Below, in pieces: positions 48,978 through 59,055 of a stretch of 64,000 nt of DNA (its first letter is position 1; each line of letters starts with the position of its first letter). The stretch spans positions 1,359,042-1,423,041 of the forward strand of contig OZ255710.1 of assembly GCA_965277105.1 (NCBI GenBank), read 5' to 3'. The notes below the pieces were generated by a model. The model searched no databases and was not told the origin of the DNA. It saw only the letters and a list, made by a program, of their open reading frames with translations. The translations under genes and the position numbers were made by a program. The DNA is from Spirochaetota bacterium. Lineage in GTDB: Bacteria > Spirochaetota > UBA12135 > COTS27 > CAXSBA01.

Positions 48978-50332
48978 TTTTCTAATCCTATTAAAAATTT
49001 TTCTGGTTTTTCCAAAATATTTTTTAGAAAAGTAATAAAACGAGCCCCATCGGCCCCGTCAATAATTCGGTGATCATAAGCTAAAACAATCGACATTATA
49101 GTTTTGGGGATCCAATTCCCATCGTGATAAATCGGTTTTAAAGAGCTTTTCCCTACTCCTAAAATGGCTACTTCTGGCCAATTAATAATAGGCGTGAAAG
49201 ACGTTCCCCCAATTCCTCCTAAATTAGAAATAGTGATGCTAGCCCCTTTTAAATCTTCTAATTTTACTGTTCTATCTCTCGTTTGCTTGGCTAAATCGAT
49301 GAGTGCTTTCCCAATATCAAAAAGGCTTAACTTATCAACATTTTTAATCACTGGAACAATTAACCCATTAGGGGTATCCACCGCTACTCCTATATGCGAG
49401 TATTTTTTATAATGGATAAGATTCTTCTGGGCATCATAGGAACTATTAAACTGCGGGAATTTGTTGATGGCAACTGCAAGCGCTTTAATAATGAAAACGG
49501 TTACTGATAAACTACTTCCCTTCTCTTTAAACTCTTTTTTAAACTCCTTTTGAAAATGCTCAATTTGAGTTAGATCTACTTCTTCTTGTTGATGGACATG
49601 GGGAATAATATTAGCTGAATAACTGATTTGCTCCGAAATGGTTTTTCGTAAATTAGAAGCAGGTTTCACTTCTACTTCGCCAAATTTAGTAAAATCCGGT
49701 AAGTCTTTTGCTGGAGCACCCACTGGAGCATTAGTAGCAGCACCACTCGTCATAGTGTTTTTAACAAATAGTTTAACGTCTTGAACACTAATCCTTCCTC
49801 CCCGCTCCGTCCCCGTCACCAAATTTAAATCAACCCCTAACTCTCTAGCAAGTTTTCTAGTTTGCGGTCCAGCATGTGCTTGGGCAACTATATTAAACGA
49901 AGCCTCGTTAACTCGAGTAATTTTAGGTGAAGCTTTTTCTTCTACTGGTTTAGGAGTCGCAGGCGACGAACTGGGTGAAGAAGGAGCCAACTGCTCAAAG
50001 GGAGCTTGAGGAGAATCTACTTTTTCTTCTTTCGCATTTTTCTCTTCAGTTTTTTCCATTGGCTCTGCTGGAGTAACAGGACTAGTCCCACCAGCTAATT
50101 CCACTTCGGCCAAAACTCCCCCTACTGCTATTTCCTCGCCTTCCTTAACTAAAATTTTTTTTAATTCGCCATCAAAAGGAGCATTAACCGGAAAAGCCGC
50201 TTTGTCGGTTTCTACTTCTAAAATAATTTCTCCTTCAGCAATCGAATCATTAGCTTTTTTTTGAATATTAATCACTACTCCACTACTGATACCATCGCCG
50301 ATTTCTGGTAAGGTTATTTTTTGATTTGCCAT
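48974..50332 (-). CDS. aceF: Dihydrolipoamide acetyltransferase (PDH E2), single lipoyl domain
   Basis: 452 aa; lipoyl motif VETDKA, Ala/Pro linker, subunit-binding domain, and catalytic DHRIIDGA. Confidence 0.9.
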   Translation of the reverse strand: MANQKITLPEIGDGISSGVVINIQKKANDSIAEGEIILEVETDKAAFPVNAPFDGELKKILVKEGEEIAVGGVLAEVELAGGTSPVTPAEPMEKTEEKNAKEEKVDSPQAPFEQLAPSSPSSSPATPKPVEEKASPKITRVNEASFNIVAQAHAGPQTRKLARELGVDLNLVTGTERGGRISVQDVKLFVKNTMTSGAATNAPVGAPAKDLPDFTKFGEVEVKPASNLRKTISEQISYSANIIPHVHQQEEVDLTQIEHFQKEFKKEFKEKGSSLSVTVFIIKALAVAINKFPQFNSSYDAQKNLIHYKKYSHIGVAVDTPNGLIVPVIKNVDKLSLFDIGKALIDLAKQTRDRTVKLEDLKGASITISNLGGIGGTSFTPIINWPEVAILGVGKSSLKPIYHDGNWIPKTIMSIVLAYDHRIIDGADGARFITFLKNILEKPEKFLIGLEK

Positions 50333-50347
50333 AATTTTTATTTTTTT

Positions 50348-53041
50348 TTAACTTTCTAAACCGTTTTTTTTATTCGGAATAATTTTTAAATCCTGCATAG
50401 CTTTTTTATAGTGCTTATCTAAAAAAAGTCCTTGTTGGCGAAGGAGATTAAGTGAAGATAAAACGATAAACTTTTCATCAGTTTCAAAATAATCCCGAAG
50501 CTCTTCTCGGCTAGAAGAACGCCCAAAACCATCGGTGCCTAAAACGGAGATTTTTTCTGGAAGAAAACGACTAATCATATCAACATAAAGTCGCATATAG
50601 TCACTTACTCCTAAGTAAAACCCTTCTACTTCTTTTAAACTTTTTTCGAGAAAAGATTCTCTAGGCTTCTTATCTGGGTTCAGCATATTCCACCGTTCGC
50701 AAGCTAAAGCGTCTTCGCGGAGTAATTTATAAGAAGTAACCGACCAAACTGCAGTAGGAATCTTATAAGTCGCCTCTAAGACATTCGCTGCTTTTAAAGC
50801 GATGGGAACGCTAATTCCCGAAGCAAATATATTGATTTTTTTATTACTTTCTACTTTTAATTTACTGGACTTTAACTCGTACATTCCTCGATTAATTTTT
50901 TCTTTTATCTCAGAAATTTCAGGAAGAGGGGATTGCGGGTAGTTTTCATTGTAAAGGGTGAGATAATAAAAGCAATCCTCTTTATCGTGGTACATTCTTT
51001 TTATTCCATCTTCAACAATCGCGGTAACCTCATAGCTATAGGCTGGATCATAGGCACGCAAATTAGGTATTGAAGAGGCTAAAATATGAGAATGCCCGTC
51101 TTGATGCTGCAGCCCCTCACCGTTTAAAGTCGTTCTTCCGGCAGTTCCCCCTAATAAAAATCCTTTTGCTTTCATATCAGCGGCGGCCCATATTTGGTCA
51201 CCTGTACGCTGCAAGCCAAACATAGAATAAAAAATGTAAAAAGGGATCATAGGGAATTTTTGGTGGCTATAAGACGTCCCAGCCGCGATAAAAGAAGAAA
51301 TAGCTCCGGCTTCGTTAATCCCTTCTTGGAGTAGCTGCCCGTCTTTTGCTTCGGTGTAAGACATTAAAGACTTTTTATCCACCGGAGTATAAAGTTGTCC
51401 TTTAGGCGAATAAATACCATACTGACCAAAAAGCCCTTCCATACCAAAAGTTCTACTTTCATCAGGAACAATGGGAATAATGTATTTTTGGATTTCGGGA
51501 TTACGCAAAAGATTGGTAAGGAGCTGAACAAAGGCCATGGTAGTGGATACTTCGCGCGCAGTCCCTTCATAATTTTTTTCAAAAATTTTAGGAGATGGCA
51601 CCGGCAAGGGCTGGAAATTATCGTCGCGATGTGGAACAAACCCCCCTAGCTTTTCTCTAACTTTTTTAAGGTAAAGATTTTCTGGAGAATCTTCTGCCGG
51701 CTTATAAAAAGGGGTTTTTTCTAAGTTCTCCGCTTTTATTGGGATGGAAAAAGTTTCTTTAAATTCTTTCAAGGAATCCAAAGACATTTTTTTCTGTTGA
51801 TGAGCAATGTTTTTTCCATGCCCACTTTCGCCCATGCCAAAGCCCTTAATGGTTTTAGCCAGGATGACTGTGGGTAGGCCGTTTTTATTATTAACCGCGT
51901 AATCATAAGCTGTATAAAGTTTTTTTTCATCATGCCCACCACGATTAAGGTCTACTAAATCTTGGTCACTTAAACTAGAAACTAGTTTAAAAACCTCGTC
52001 GTCTTTAGCGTAAAATTCTTTCCTACGTTCTTCCCCAGTTAAAGTCGATATTCTTTGGTATTCGCCATCTACGGTTTTTTCTAAAAGCCTTTTTAACGCA
52101 CCGGTATTATCCCTAGCTATTAAGTTGTCCCATTTGCTCCCCCAAATAACTTTTAAAGTATTCCAACCAAAACCCTTGAAAATGGCTTCTAACTCTTGAA
52201 TGATTTTGCCGTTCCCTCTAACGGGGCCATCTAAACGCTGGAGGTTGCAATTAACTACGAAAATTAAATTATCTAATTTTTCCCGGACAGCTACGTCTAA
52301 AGCCCCTAAAGTTTCTACTTCGTCGGTTTCCCCATCACCAATAAAAGCAAAAACATTCGTCTTAGAAGTATCCTTTAACCCGCGATTAAAAAGATACTTA
52401 TAAAACTTAGCTAAGTAAATCGCACTTAAAGGCCCCAGCCCCATAGAGACTGTGGGAAATTGCCAAAAATTGGGGAGCAATCGAGGGTGAGGGTAAGATG
52501 GGAGCCCCCCTGATTGGCTGTCGGGGTTTAGTTCTCTTCTAAAATTATCAATTTGCTCTTCATTTAATACCCCTTCTAAATAAGCCCGAGCATAAATGCC
52601 TGGTGAGGCATGGCCTTGAAAAAAAACCTTATCGCCGGTAAAATCTCCTTTGGGCCCTTTAATAAAGTGGTTATAAGCAACATCGTAAAGGGTAGCCGAA
52701 GAAGCAAACGAGGCAATATGCCCGCCAATCCCCGATGATTTTTTATTAGCCCGTAACACCATAGCAATAGCGTTCCAGCGAATTAAATTACTTATCCTAG
52801 TTTCTAAGCCAACATCACCGGGATAAGGGAGCTGTTTTTCAACAGGGATGGTATTGATATAGGGAGTATTCAGGAGGCCTTCACTAGTAAAAAAGTAGTT
52901 CACGCCTTTGCTGGCTAGCCTTTGGTTGAGCTGGCTAATTAAAAATTCGGCTCTTTCCTTACCGTCTTCTTTTAAAACATCGTCAAAAGCACTTAGCCAT
53001 TCATCGGTTTCAATAGGGTCAATATCTTTGGATTCTTTCAT
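50348..53041 (-). CDS. aceE: Pyruvate dehydrogenase E1 component, homodimeric type
   Basis: 897 aa, AceE-type length; ThDP motif region FIGDGETDE...NCNLQRLDGPV. Confidence 0.95.
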   Translation of the reverse strand: MKESKDIDPIETDEWLSAFDDVLKEDGKERAEFLISQLNQRLASKGVNYFFTSEGLLNTPYINTIPVEKQLPYPGDVGLETRISNLIRWNAIAMVLRANKKSSGIGGHIASFASSATLYDVAYNHFIKGPKGDFTGDKVFFQGHASPGIYARAYLEGVLNEEQIDNFRRELNPDSQSGGLPSYPHPRLLPNFWQFPTVSMGLGPLSAIYLAKFYKYLFNRGLKDTSKTNVFAFIGDGETDEVETLGALDVAVREKLDNLIFVVNCNLQRLDGPVRGNGKIIQELEAIFKGFGWNTLKVIWGSKWDNLIARDNTGALKRLLEKTVDGEYQRISTLTGEERRKEFYAKDDEVFKLVSSLSDQDLVDLNRGGHDEKKLYTAYDYAVNNKNGLPTVILAKTIKGFGMGESGHGKNIAHQQKKMSLDSLKEFKETFSIPIKAENLEKTPFYKPAEDSPENLYLKKVREKLGGFVPHRDDNFQPLPVPSPKIFEKNYEGTAREVSTTMAFVQLLTNLLRNPEIQKYIIPIVPDESRTFGMEGLFGQYGIYSPKGQLYTPVDKKSLMSYTEAKDGQLLQEGINEAGAISSFIAAGTSYSHQKFPMIPFYIFYSMFGLQRTGDQIWAAADMKAKGFLLGGTAGRTTLNGEGLQHQDGHSHILASSIPNLRAYDPAYSYEVTAIVEDGIKRMYHDKEDCFYYLTLYNENYPQSPLPEISEIKEKINRGMYELKSSKLKVESNKKINIFASGISVPIALKAANVLEATYKIPTAVWSVTSYKLLREDALACERWNMLNPDKKPRESFLEKSLKEVEGFYLGVSDYMRLYVDMISRFLPEKISVLGTDGFGRSSSREELRDYFETDEKFIVLSSLNLLRQQGLFLDKHYKKAMQDLKIIPNKKNGLES

Positions 53042-53180
53042 AAGTGTTAATATTTAATCATATTGTATTATATATTTAGATAAAAAATAAATTTTATTTA
53101 AGTTATCGAGAAATTCCAAGATTAATTTTAACCCATTAATAACAATAAATGAGAAAACAAATAATTTTTTTTTAAAAAAA

Positions 53181-53434
53181 AATATTTTTTATTTATAATA
53201 TAATACTAAATAGACGACGTGAATCGTTGAGATAAATATTTTTAAATTTATGTACTTTTTGGTGGTTATATTTAGTTATTTATTTAATTATTTATCTACT
53301 CATTGCTTAGATTTATTATCCTTTCCTTTGTTTTTTAGTTCGTTATTTGCGTTATAAATATTTCTTTATAAAAAAAGTTACACTATCTAAAATCAACTAG
53401 TCTAATGAAAATCAAACATTAACATAAAAATAAC
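53181..53434 (+). repeat. Direct-repeat copy A: promoter-like region plus decayed 5' end of the DUF1479 gene
   Basis: An ungapped match of 53181-53239 to 54521-54579 gives about 43/59 identities, including TTTTTTAT.TATAATATAATA and TGAG.AAATATT. Segment 53380-53411 matches 54651-54682 at 26/32, with ATG changed to ACA and TGG changed to TAG. Confidence 0.7.
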
Positions 53435-54445
53435 ATGAACAATCCAGTAAAAAATATAGGCATTATAGAATACAGGAAAACTCTTAATATCGGCGACTAT
53501 GTGCAAACAATAGCGGCCAAGAATCTAATAGAGAAAAAAGGCTTTAATCCCGTGTTATTAGAACGAGAAACATTAAATAACTATACAGGAAAGCCAATAA
53601 ATACTATCATAAATGGCTGGTTTCTTCACGATAGTAATGCCTGGCCACCTTCTGCAAAAATTAAACCTTTTTTTATTTCATTTCATATCACAAAAAAAGC
53701 TTCAAGAGCCTTGCTTTCTAAAAAATCAGTAGCTTTTTTCAAAAAACACGAACCAATTGGTTGCCGAGACTTTTACACAAAAACTATTCTTGAGGAGAAA
53801 GGCATAAAAACTTACTTTTCTAGTTGTCTTACCCTTACTTTAGAGAAAAAAGATTTTATCGATAGCTCTTATGAAAGCGATATAATCTGGAATGACGTAA
53901 TACTACTTAACAATAAAACAGTTATGGACTTAACAAGCTTAAAACCAATAAGTAGTCAAGGAAAATCTAATGCTATGTATAAGTTGTTTAACGAATGGCG
54001 TGCGCTACCATTAAAATATTCCTATTTTAAAAAGTATCTAAAAAATATTAATGCTAAAAAATATTTGCTTAAAAACTTTTCTAAAAAGGAAAAAGAAAAT
54101 ATGATTAATTTAACCAATGCTGTGAAAGGAGATATTCTCGCAAAATATAAAATGGAGTTGGTTAAACAACATTTAAAATATTTGGCTAATACAAAGCTTG
54201 TTGTCACATCTCGTATCCATACTGCTCTACCCTGTTTAGCATTTGGCACACCAGTTTTATTTATAGATACTGATGAACTACCAGAAAGATTGAACGGGAT
54301 AAAAGAGTTACTTAATTGCATATACTATAAAGACATAAAAAATAAAAAACCTATAGATTTAAAAAAATTAACGAATAAACCTTTATCTCGTAAATACGCT
54401 AATTCTATTCAAAGTAATGTCTATAAATATTTGGGAAATCTTTAA
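53435..54445 (+). CDS. Polysaccharide pyruvyl transferase-like protein
   Basis: 336 aa; N-terminal NIGDYVQ and C-terminal VVTSRIHTALPCLAFGTPVLFI resemble PF04230 signatures. The assignment is tentative. Confidence 0.5.
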   Translation: MNNPVKNIGIIEYRKTLNIGDYVQTIAAKNLIEKKGFNPVLLERETLNNYTGKPINTIINGWFLHDSNAWPPSAKIKPFFISFHITKKASRALLSKKSVAFFKKHEPIGCRDFYTKTILEEKGIKTYFSSCLTLTLEKKDFIDSSYESDIIWNDVILLNNKTVMDLTSLKPISSQGKSNAMYKLFNEWRALPLKYSYFKKYLKNINAKKYLLKNFSKKEKENMINLTNAVKGDILAKYKMELVKQHLKYLANTKLVVTSRIHTALPCLAFGTPVLFIDTDELPERLNGIKELLNCIYYKDIKNKKPIDLKKLTNKPLSRKYANSIQSNVYKYLGNL

Positions 54446-54520
54446 AAATTTTTAGATATTAAATTAATTTAAATAACCAACCAAATATTGGTATAATAAT
54501 AAATATTTTTTTATGCAAAA

Positions 54521-54705
54521 GATGTTTTTTATGTATAATATAATAATCAATGAGTTCCGTAAACTTTTGAGTAAATATTACTAAATGTCTCTTCTTTATT
54601 TTACTTTATTGCTTATGGTATTCACTGTTATTTCTTTATAAGGAAAAGTTATGCTACCTAAAATCGATTGGTCTAATGAAAACGCCATTAAAGAAGAAAT
54701 TAAAC
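54521..54705 (+). repeat. Direct-repeat copy B: promoter/leader and first roughly 17 codons of the DUF1479 gene
   Basis: Partner of 53181-53434 (see that feature). It contains TATAATATAATA at 54534-54545 and an AAGGA SD before the ATG at 54651. Confidence 0.7.
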
Positions 54706-55916
54706 AAACTAAAGCTAAACTTTCTTCTCTAATGCATCGAAACTTACAAGAAGTTTGGGATGAACTAACCCAAGCGACGGAAGAAAAAATTAAAATAATT
54801 CACGAAAAAGAAAAAACCGGTTCGGCTATTCCCCAAGTAAACATAGAAGACATTACCCATAATCGTATAAGCGACGAGACTATTGCTGATATAAAAACTA
54901 GTGGAACGGTGATTATCCGCGGGGTTATTCCTGAGAGTACAATTACTGCTTGGTATGAAGAATTTAAAGAATATTTAAAAGAAAACGACTATGAAAATCA
55001 GCAAGTTGATCCTAATCTCGATACCTACTTCTCTAACCTAAAAAACCAAAAACCGCAAATTTTTAATATTTTTTGGTCTAAATGCCAAGTGAATATCCGG
55101 CAGCACGCCAATATTGCTTTAGCTAAAAAATTTATTAATAGCCTATGGATTTCTGCAAGAGATAATGAAAAATATTTCGACTACGATAAAGATTGTGCCT
55201 ACTCTGACAGAATTAGAATAAGACAAGCGGGAGATACTAGTTTGGGATTATCCCCGCACATTGATGGCGGATCGGTAGAGCGCTGGCTAGATGAAGCCAA
55301 CCAAAAAATCTATCGAAAAATTTTTGAAGGAGATTGGCAGAGCTACAACCCTTATGACGGCATTTATCGTAACGAAGTGGAAAACATTTCTTCACCGGCT
55401 GTTTGTCGGGCTTTTAGAACCTACCAAGGATGGGTAGCACTGACTAAGCAAGGTCCTAACGATGGAACCTTAAGGCTAATTCCTATGCTTAAAGAAGAAA
55501 CGGCTTATGTGCTATTACGCCCTTTTTTAGAAGATGTCCCTTTAGACGAACTTTGCGGGGCTGTCCCTAAAAAAGCTCAAGCAATCAATGAAAAATGGCA
55601 TCAACTCCTTTTACAAGGGTTGGTTTCCATCCCGGAAGTTAGCCCAGGAGATACCGTATGGTGGCATGCTGATTTAATTCACGCGGTGGAAGACGAGCAT
55701 AAGGGGAGTAACGAAAGTAGCGTTACTTATGTAGGATCGTCTCCACTTTGCCCGAGAAATCAAAAATTTCTCGAGCTACAAAAAACTGCTTTTTTAAGTG
55801 GAAAAAGCTCACCAGATTTTGCGGCAGAGAATCGAGAGGAAGACTATAAAAATCGAGCCACTTTGGAAACCTTAACTGACTTAGGGAAAAAACAAATGGG
55901 CTTCTTGGAATACTAA
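54651..55916 (+). CDS. DUF1479 (YbiU-like) protein, probable Fe(II)/2-oxoglutarate-type oxygenase fold
   Basis: 421 aa, the same length as E. coli YbiU. An HxD...H arrangement is present (SPHIDGGSVERW ... WWHADLIHAVE). Family recall is moderate. Confidence 0.55.
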   Translation: MLPKIDWSNENAIKEEIKQTKAKLSSLMHRNLQEVWDELTQATEEKIKIIHEKEKTGSAIPQVNIEDITHNRISDETIADIKTSGTVIIRGVIPESTITAWYEEFKEYLKENDYENQQVDPNLDTYFSNLKNQKPQIFNIFWSKCQVNIRQHANIALAKKFINSLWISARDNEKYFDYDKDCAYSDRIRIRQAGDTSLGLSPHIDGGSVERWLDEANQKIYRKIFEGDWQSYNPYDGIYRNEVENISSPAVCRAFRTYQGWVALTKQGPNDGTLRLIPMLKEETAYVLLRPFLEDVPLDELCGAVPKKAQAINEKWHQLLLQGLVSIPEVSPGDTVWWHADLIHAVEDEHKGSNESSVTYVGSSPLCPRNQKFLELQKTAFLSGKSSPDFAAENREEDYKNRATLETLTDLGKKQMGFLEY

Positions 55917-55977
55917 AATTTAAATAATTAGATTAGTGTTTAATAAAAAAAAAAATATTTTTACTTAGGAGGTGAAA

Positions 55978-57237
55978 ATGAAAAAAATAAAAAAAATTAT
56001 TCCTTTAATTGGTTTATCATTTTTTTTCTTTACGAGCAATTTAACCGCTGCTGGTGAGATTGAAGTTCTCCATTGGTGGACTTCCGGCGGAGAAGCTGCT
56101 GCGTTAAATGTTTTAAAAAATGACCTAGAAAAAAAAGGAATAGGATGGAAAGACTCTGCAGTTGCTGGAGGTGGAGGAAGTGAAGCCATGACTGCCCTTA
56201 AAGCAAGAGCATCCGCTGGAAACTCTCCCACTGCTGTACAAATGTTGGGCTTTACCATAACTGAATGGGCTGAATTGGGCTTTCTAGCCAATTTAAATCA
56301 AGTAGCCCAGCAAGATAATTGGGACAAAGTTATCCCTAAAGCTCTCCAGAGATTTGCTAAATATGATGGGATTTGGGTTTCTGCTCCTGTTAATGTGCAC
56401 TCGGTTAACTGGGTTTGGGGGAACAAAGCTATTATGGATAAGCTAAAGATTAAAACTCCTAAAAATTGGAATGAGTTTATTGCTGCTGCTAAAAAAATCC
56501 AACGAGCAGGATACATTCCCATTGCTCATGGAGGCCAAGCTTGGCAAGATGCTACGGTTTTCGATAGCATTATCTATTCGACTGGTGGAAAAAACTTTTA
56601 TGTTAAAACTATGATTGATTTAGATGACAAAGCCCTCCGGTCAGCAACTATGAGGAAAGTCTTTGATCGCTTTCGAGAATATGGGAACTTGTTAGACAGC
56701 AACTTTCCCGGACGAGAATGGAGCCAAACTACAGCCCTAGTGATTAACGAAAAAGCTGGTTTCCAAGTAATGGGCGATTGGGCTAAAGGCGAGTTTTTAA
56801 AAGCTGGGAAAAATCCCAACCGAGATTTCGTCTGTTTCCGTTTCCCTGGAACTCAAAAAGCGGTTTTATTTAACTCTGACCAATTCGCTATGATGAAAGT
56901 GGGGAGTAGTAAAATAAATAATCAAAACGAAATGGCTAAGTCGGTGATGGACCCTAAATTTCAATCAGCTTTTAATGTCGTGAAAGGCTCGGTCCCTGCT
57001 AGGGTAGATGTTCCCGACCGCGACTTTGATGCCTGTGGGAAAAAAGGCATGAAAGAATTAGCCGCAGCTAATAAAAAAGGAACCTTAATTGGTAGTATGG
57101 CCCATGGGCACGCGGCTATCCCCGCTGTGCAAAATGCGTATTACGATGTAGTGACGGAATTCCTCAACAACAAAAAAATGAATTCTCAAACAGCTGCTAA
57201 TAAACTAGCCGACGCTATTGACGCTGCTAAAGAATAA
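55978..57237 (+). CDS. gtsA: Glucose/mannose-type ABC transporter substrate-binding protein (GtsA-like)
   Basis: The EVLHWWTSGGEAAALNVLK...GWKDSAVAGGGGSEAMTALKAR block is very like Pseudomonas/Agrobacterium glucose-binding proteins. AGGAGG lies at 55967-55972, so I prefer ATG 55978 over the GTG at 55972. Confidence 0.8.
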   Translation: MKKIKKIIPLIGLSFFFFTSNLTAAGEIEVLHWWTSGGEAAALNVLKNDLEKKGIGWKDSAVAGGGGSEAMTALKARASAGNSPTAVQMLGFTITEWAELGFLANLNQVAQQDNWDKVIPKALQRFAKYDGIWVSAPVNVHSVNWVWGNKAIMDKLKIKTPKNWNEFIAAAKKIQRAGYIPIAHGGQAWQDATVFDSIIYSTGGKNFYVKTMIDLDDKALRSATMRKVFDRFREYGNLLDSNFPGREWSQTTALVINEKAGFQVMGDWAKGEFLKAGKNPNRDFVCFRFPGTQKAVLFNSDQFAMMKVGSSKINNQNEMAKSVMDPKFQSAFNVVKGSVPARVDVPDRDFDACGKKGMKELAAANKKGTLIGSMAHGHAAIPAVQNAYYDVVTEFLNNKKMNSQTAANKLADAIDAAKE

Positions 57238-57262
57238 GTTTCATTATTTTAATTTACTTTAA

Positions 57263-58171
57263 ATGAATAATATTTCCCAACCAAGTTCTAATTTTAAATC
57301 TTGGTTGGAAAATATTATTCCTAAATTTGTTATCTCTCCTTCTTTTCTTTTAACCATTATCTTTGTTTATGCTTTTATTATTTGGACGGGAATTATTTCT
57401 TTTTCGAACTCTACTTTACTCCCGGTTTATGATTTTGTGGGGTGGAAACAGTACCTGAAACTTTGGAAAAACCCGAACTGGATTATTGCCCTTAAAAACC
57501 TATTTGTTTTTGGTTCGCTTTACATTTTTTTTTGTTGCTTGATTGGAGTTTTTTTAGCGATTTTAATTGATCAAAAAGTTAAATTTGAAAACCTTATCCG
57601 TCCAATTATCCTCTACCCTATGGCTCTTTCTTTTATTGTAACTGGAACCGTGTGGAAGTGGATTTTAAACCCACAGTTTGGCCTAGAAAATTCTTTAAAA
57701 AAAATGGGCTGGGAAAGTTTTGCCTTTGATTGGATAGTGGATTCGGAAAAAGCCATTTATACTTTAGTTATAGTAGCGGTTTGGCAATCTTCAGGATTTG
57801 TCATGACGATGTTTTTAGCTGGGCTTAGAGGAATTGACGCTAACCTCATTAAAGCCGCTTATTTAGAAGGCGCCAACCTTTTCCAGATTTATCTAAAAAT
57901 CATTATTCCTCAACTGCGTTACACTTTGGTGAGTGTGATTATTATCCTTATGCATATTGCTATTAAAAGCTATGACCTAGTAGTCGCACTAACTGGTGGA
58001 GGCCCCGGCAAAGCCACGGAAGTCCCGGGGACGTTTATGTATTCTTTTACTTTTACTCGCTCAAGGATGGGAATTGGCGCAGCTAGTGCTATTATTATGC
58101 TTTTGATGATTGCACTTATCATCATACCTTATTTGTATTTAGAGATGAAGGATAAGAAAAATGCAAAATGA
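57263..58171 (+). CDS. gtsB: CUT1 ABC permease (GtsB-like)
   Basis: 302 aa, 6 TM, EAA-type loop (KAAYLEGANLFQ). Confidence 0.8.
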   Translation: MNNISQPSSNFKSWLENIIPKFVISPSFLLTIIFVYAFIIWTGIISFSNSTLLPVYDFVGWKQYLKLWKNPNWIIALKNLFVFGSLYIFFCCLIGVFLAILIDQKVKFENLIRPIILYPMALSFIVTGTVWKWILNPQFGLENSLKKMGWESFAFDWIVDSEKAIYTLVIVAVWQSSGFVMTMFLAGLRGIDANLIKAAYLEGANLFQIYLKIIIPQLRYTLVSVIIILMHIAIKSYDLVVALTGGGPGKATEVPGTFMYSFTFTRSRMGIGAASAIIMLLMIALIIIPYLYLEMKDKKNAK

Positions 58172-59036
58172 CGAAGTAGTTTTCGCTTCCGAAAAAAAAT
58201 CTCGATTCTTTATCTACGCTATTCTACTGCTGGCCTGCCTGTTTTATCTTTTCCCTTTGTACGTTATGCTCGCTACTTCTTTTAAGAGCTTAGATGAAAT
58301 TCGTCTAGGGAACATGCTCTCCATTCCTAATGATTTTATTTTTTCTTCTTGGATTAATGCTTGGGAAAGCAGTTGCATTGGAGTTGTTTGTAATGGACTT
58401 AAAGGGTATTTTATTAACTCAATTAAAATGGTTATCCCGGCAGTGACGATTTCCACCATACTAGGAGCGCTTAATGGCTTTGTCTTAACCAAATGGCAAT
58501 TTCGTGGGCATCATCTTGTTTTTGGCTTAATGCTTTTTGGCTGCTTTATTCCCTTTCAGGCAATTCTCATTCCCACCGCCTTGTTCCTTGGAAAAATTAA
58601 TTTAAACGAAGGTATTCAAGGGTTAGTCCTGGTTCATATTGCCTATGGCATTGGTTTCACCACCTTGTTTTTTCGTAATTATTACATTACTTTCCCTACT
58701 GAAATTTTAAACGCTGCTAAAATTGAGGGGGCTGGCTTCTTTACTATTTTCTTTAAGATTTTTCTTCCTTCTTCCGTGCCGATTATCATGGTGAGCGTGA
58801 TTTGGCAATTTACTAATATTTGGAATGATTTTTTATTTGGGGTGTCGTTTACTGGTAGTGAAAATAGCCCAGTTACCGTGGCCCTTAACAATTTAGTTAA
58901 TAGCACCACTAGTGGAAAAGAATACAACGTCGATATGGCGGCAGCTATTATCGCGGCTTTTCCTACGTTAATTATTTATATTTTAGCTGGAAAATATTTC
59001 GTCCGAGGACTGTTAGCTGGTTCGGTAAAAAAATAA
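58161..59036 (+). CDS. gtsC: CUT1 ABC permease (GtsC-like)
   Basis: 291 aa, 6 TM, EAA loop (NAAKIEGAGFF); 11-nt overlap with the upstream permease gene. Confidence 0.8.
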   Translation: MQNDEVVFASEKKSRFFIYAILLLACLFYLFPLYVMLATSFKSLDEIRLGNMLSIPNDFIFSSWINAWESSCIGVVCNGLKGYFINSIKMVIPAVTISTILGALNGFVLTKWQFRGHHLVFGLMLFGCFIPFQAILIPTALFLGKINLNEGIQGLVLVHIAYGIGFTTLFFRNYYITFPTEILNAAKIEGAGFFTIFFKIFLPSSVPIIMVSVIWQFTNIWNDFLFGVSFTGSENSPVTVALNNLVNSTTSGKEYNVDMAAAIIAAFPTLIIYILAGKYFVRGLLAGSVKK

Positions 59037-59055
59037 AATTTTCTAAGGAATAACC

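Noticed and set aside
53214-53227. An apparent compensatory 4-bp hairpin shared by the two repeat copies: ACGA..TCGT at 53214-53227 versus AGTT..AACT at 54553-54565. This hinted at a conserved RNA leader structure.
   Set aside because: The stems are only 4 bp, and their arms are shifted by 1-2 columns relative to the ungapped alignment. Such stems are expected by chance in AT-rich DNA, so this is not enough to claim covariation.
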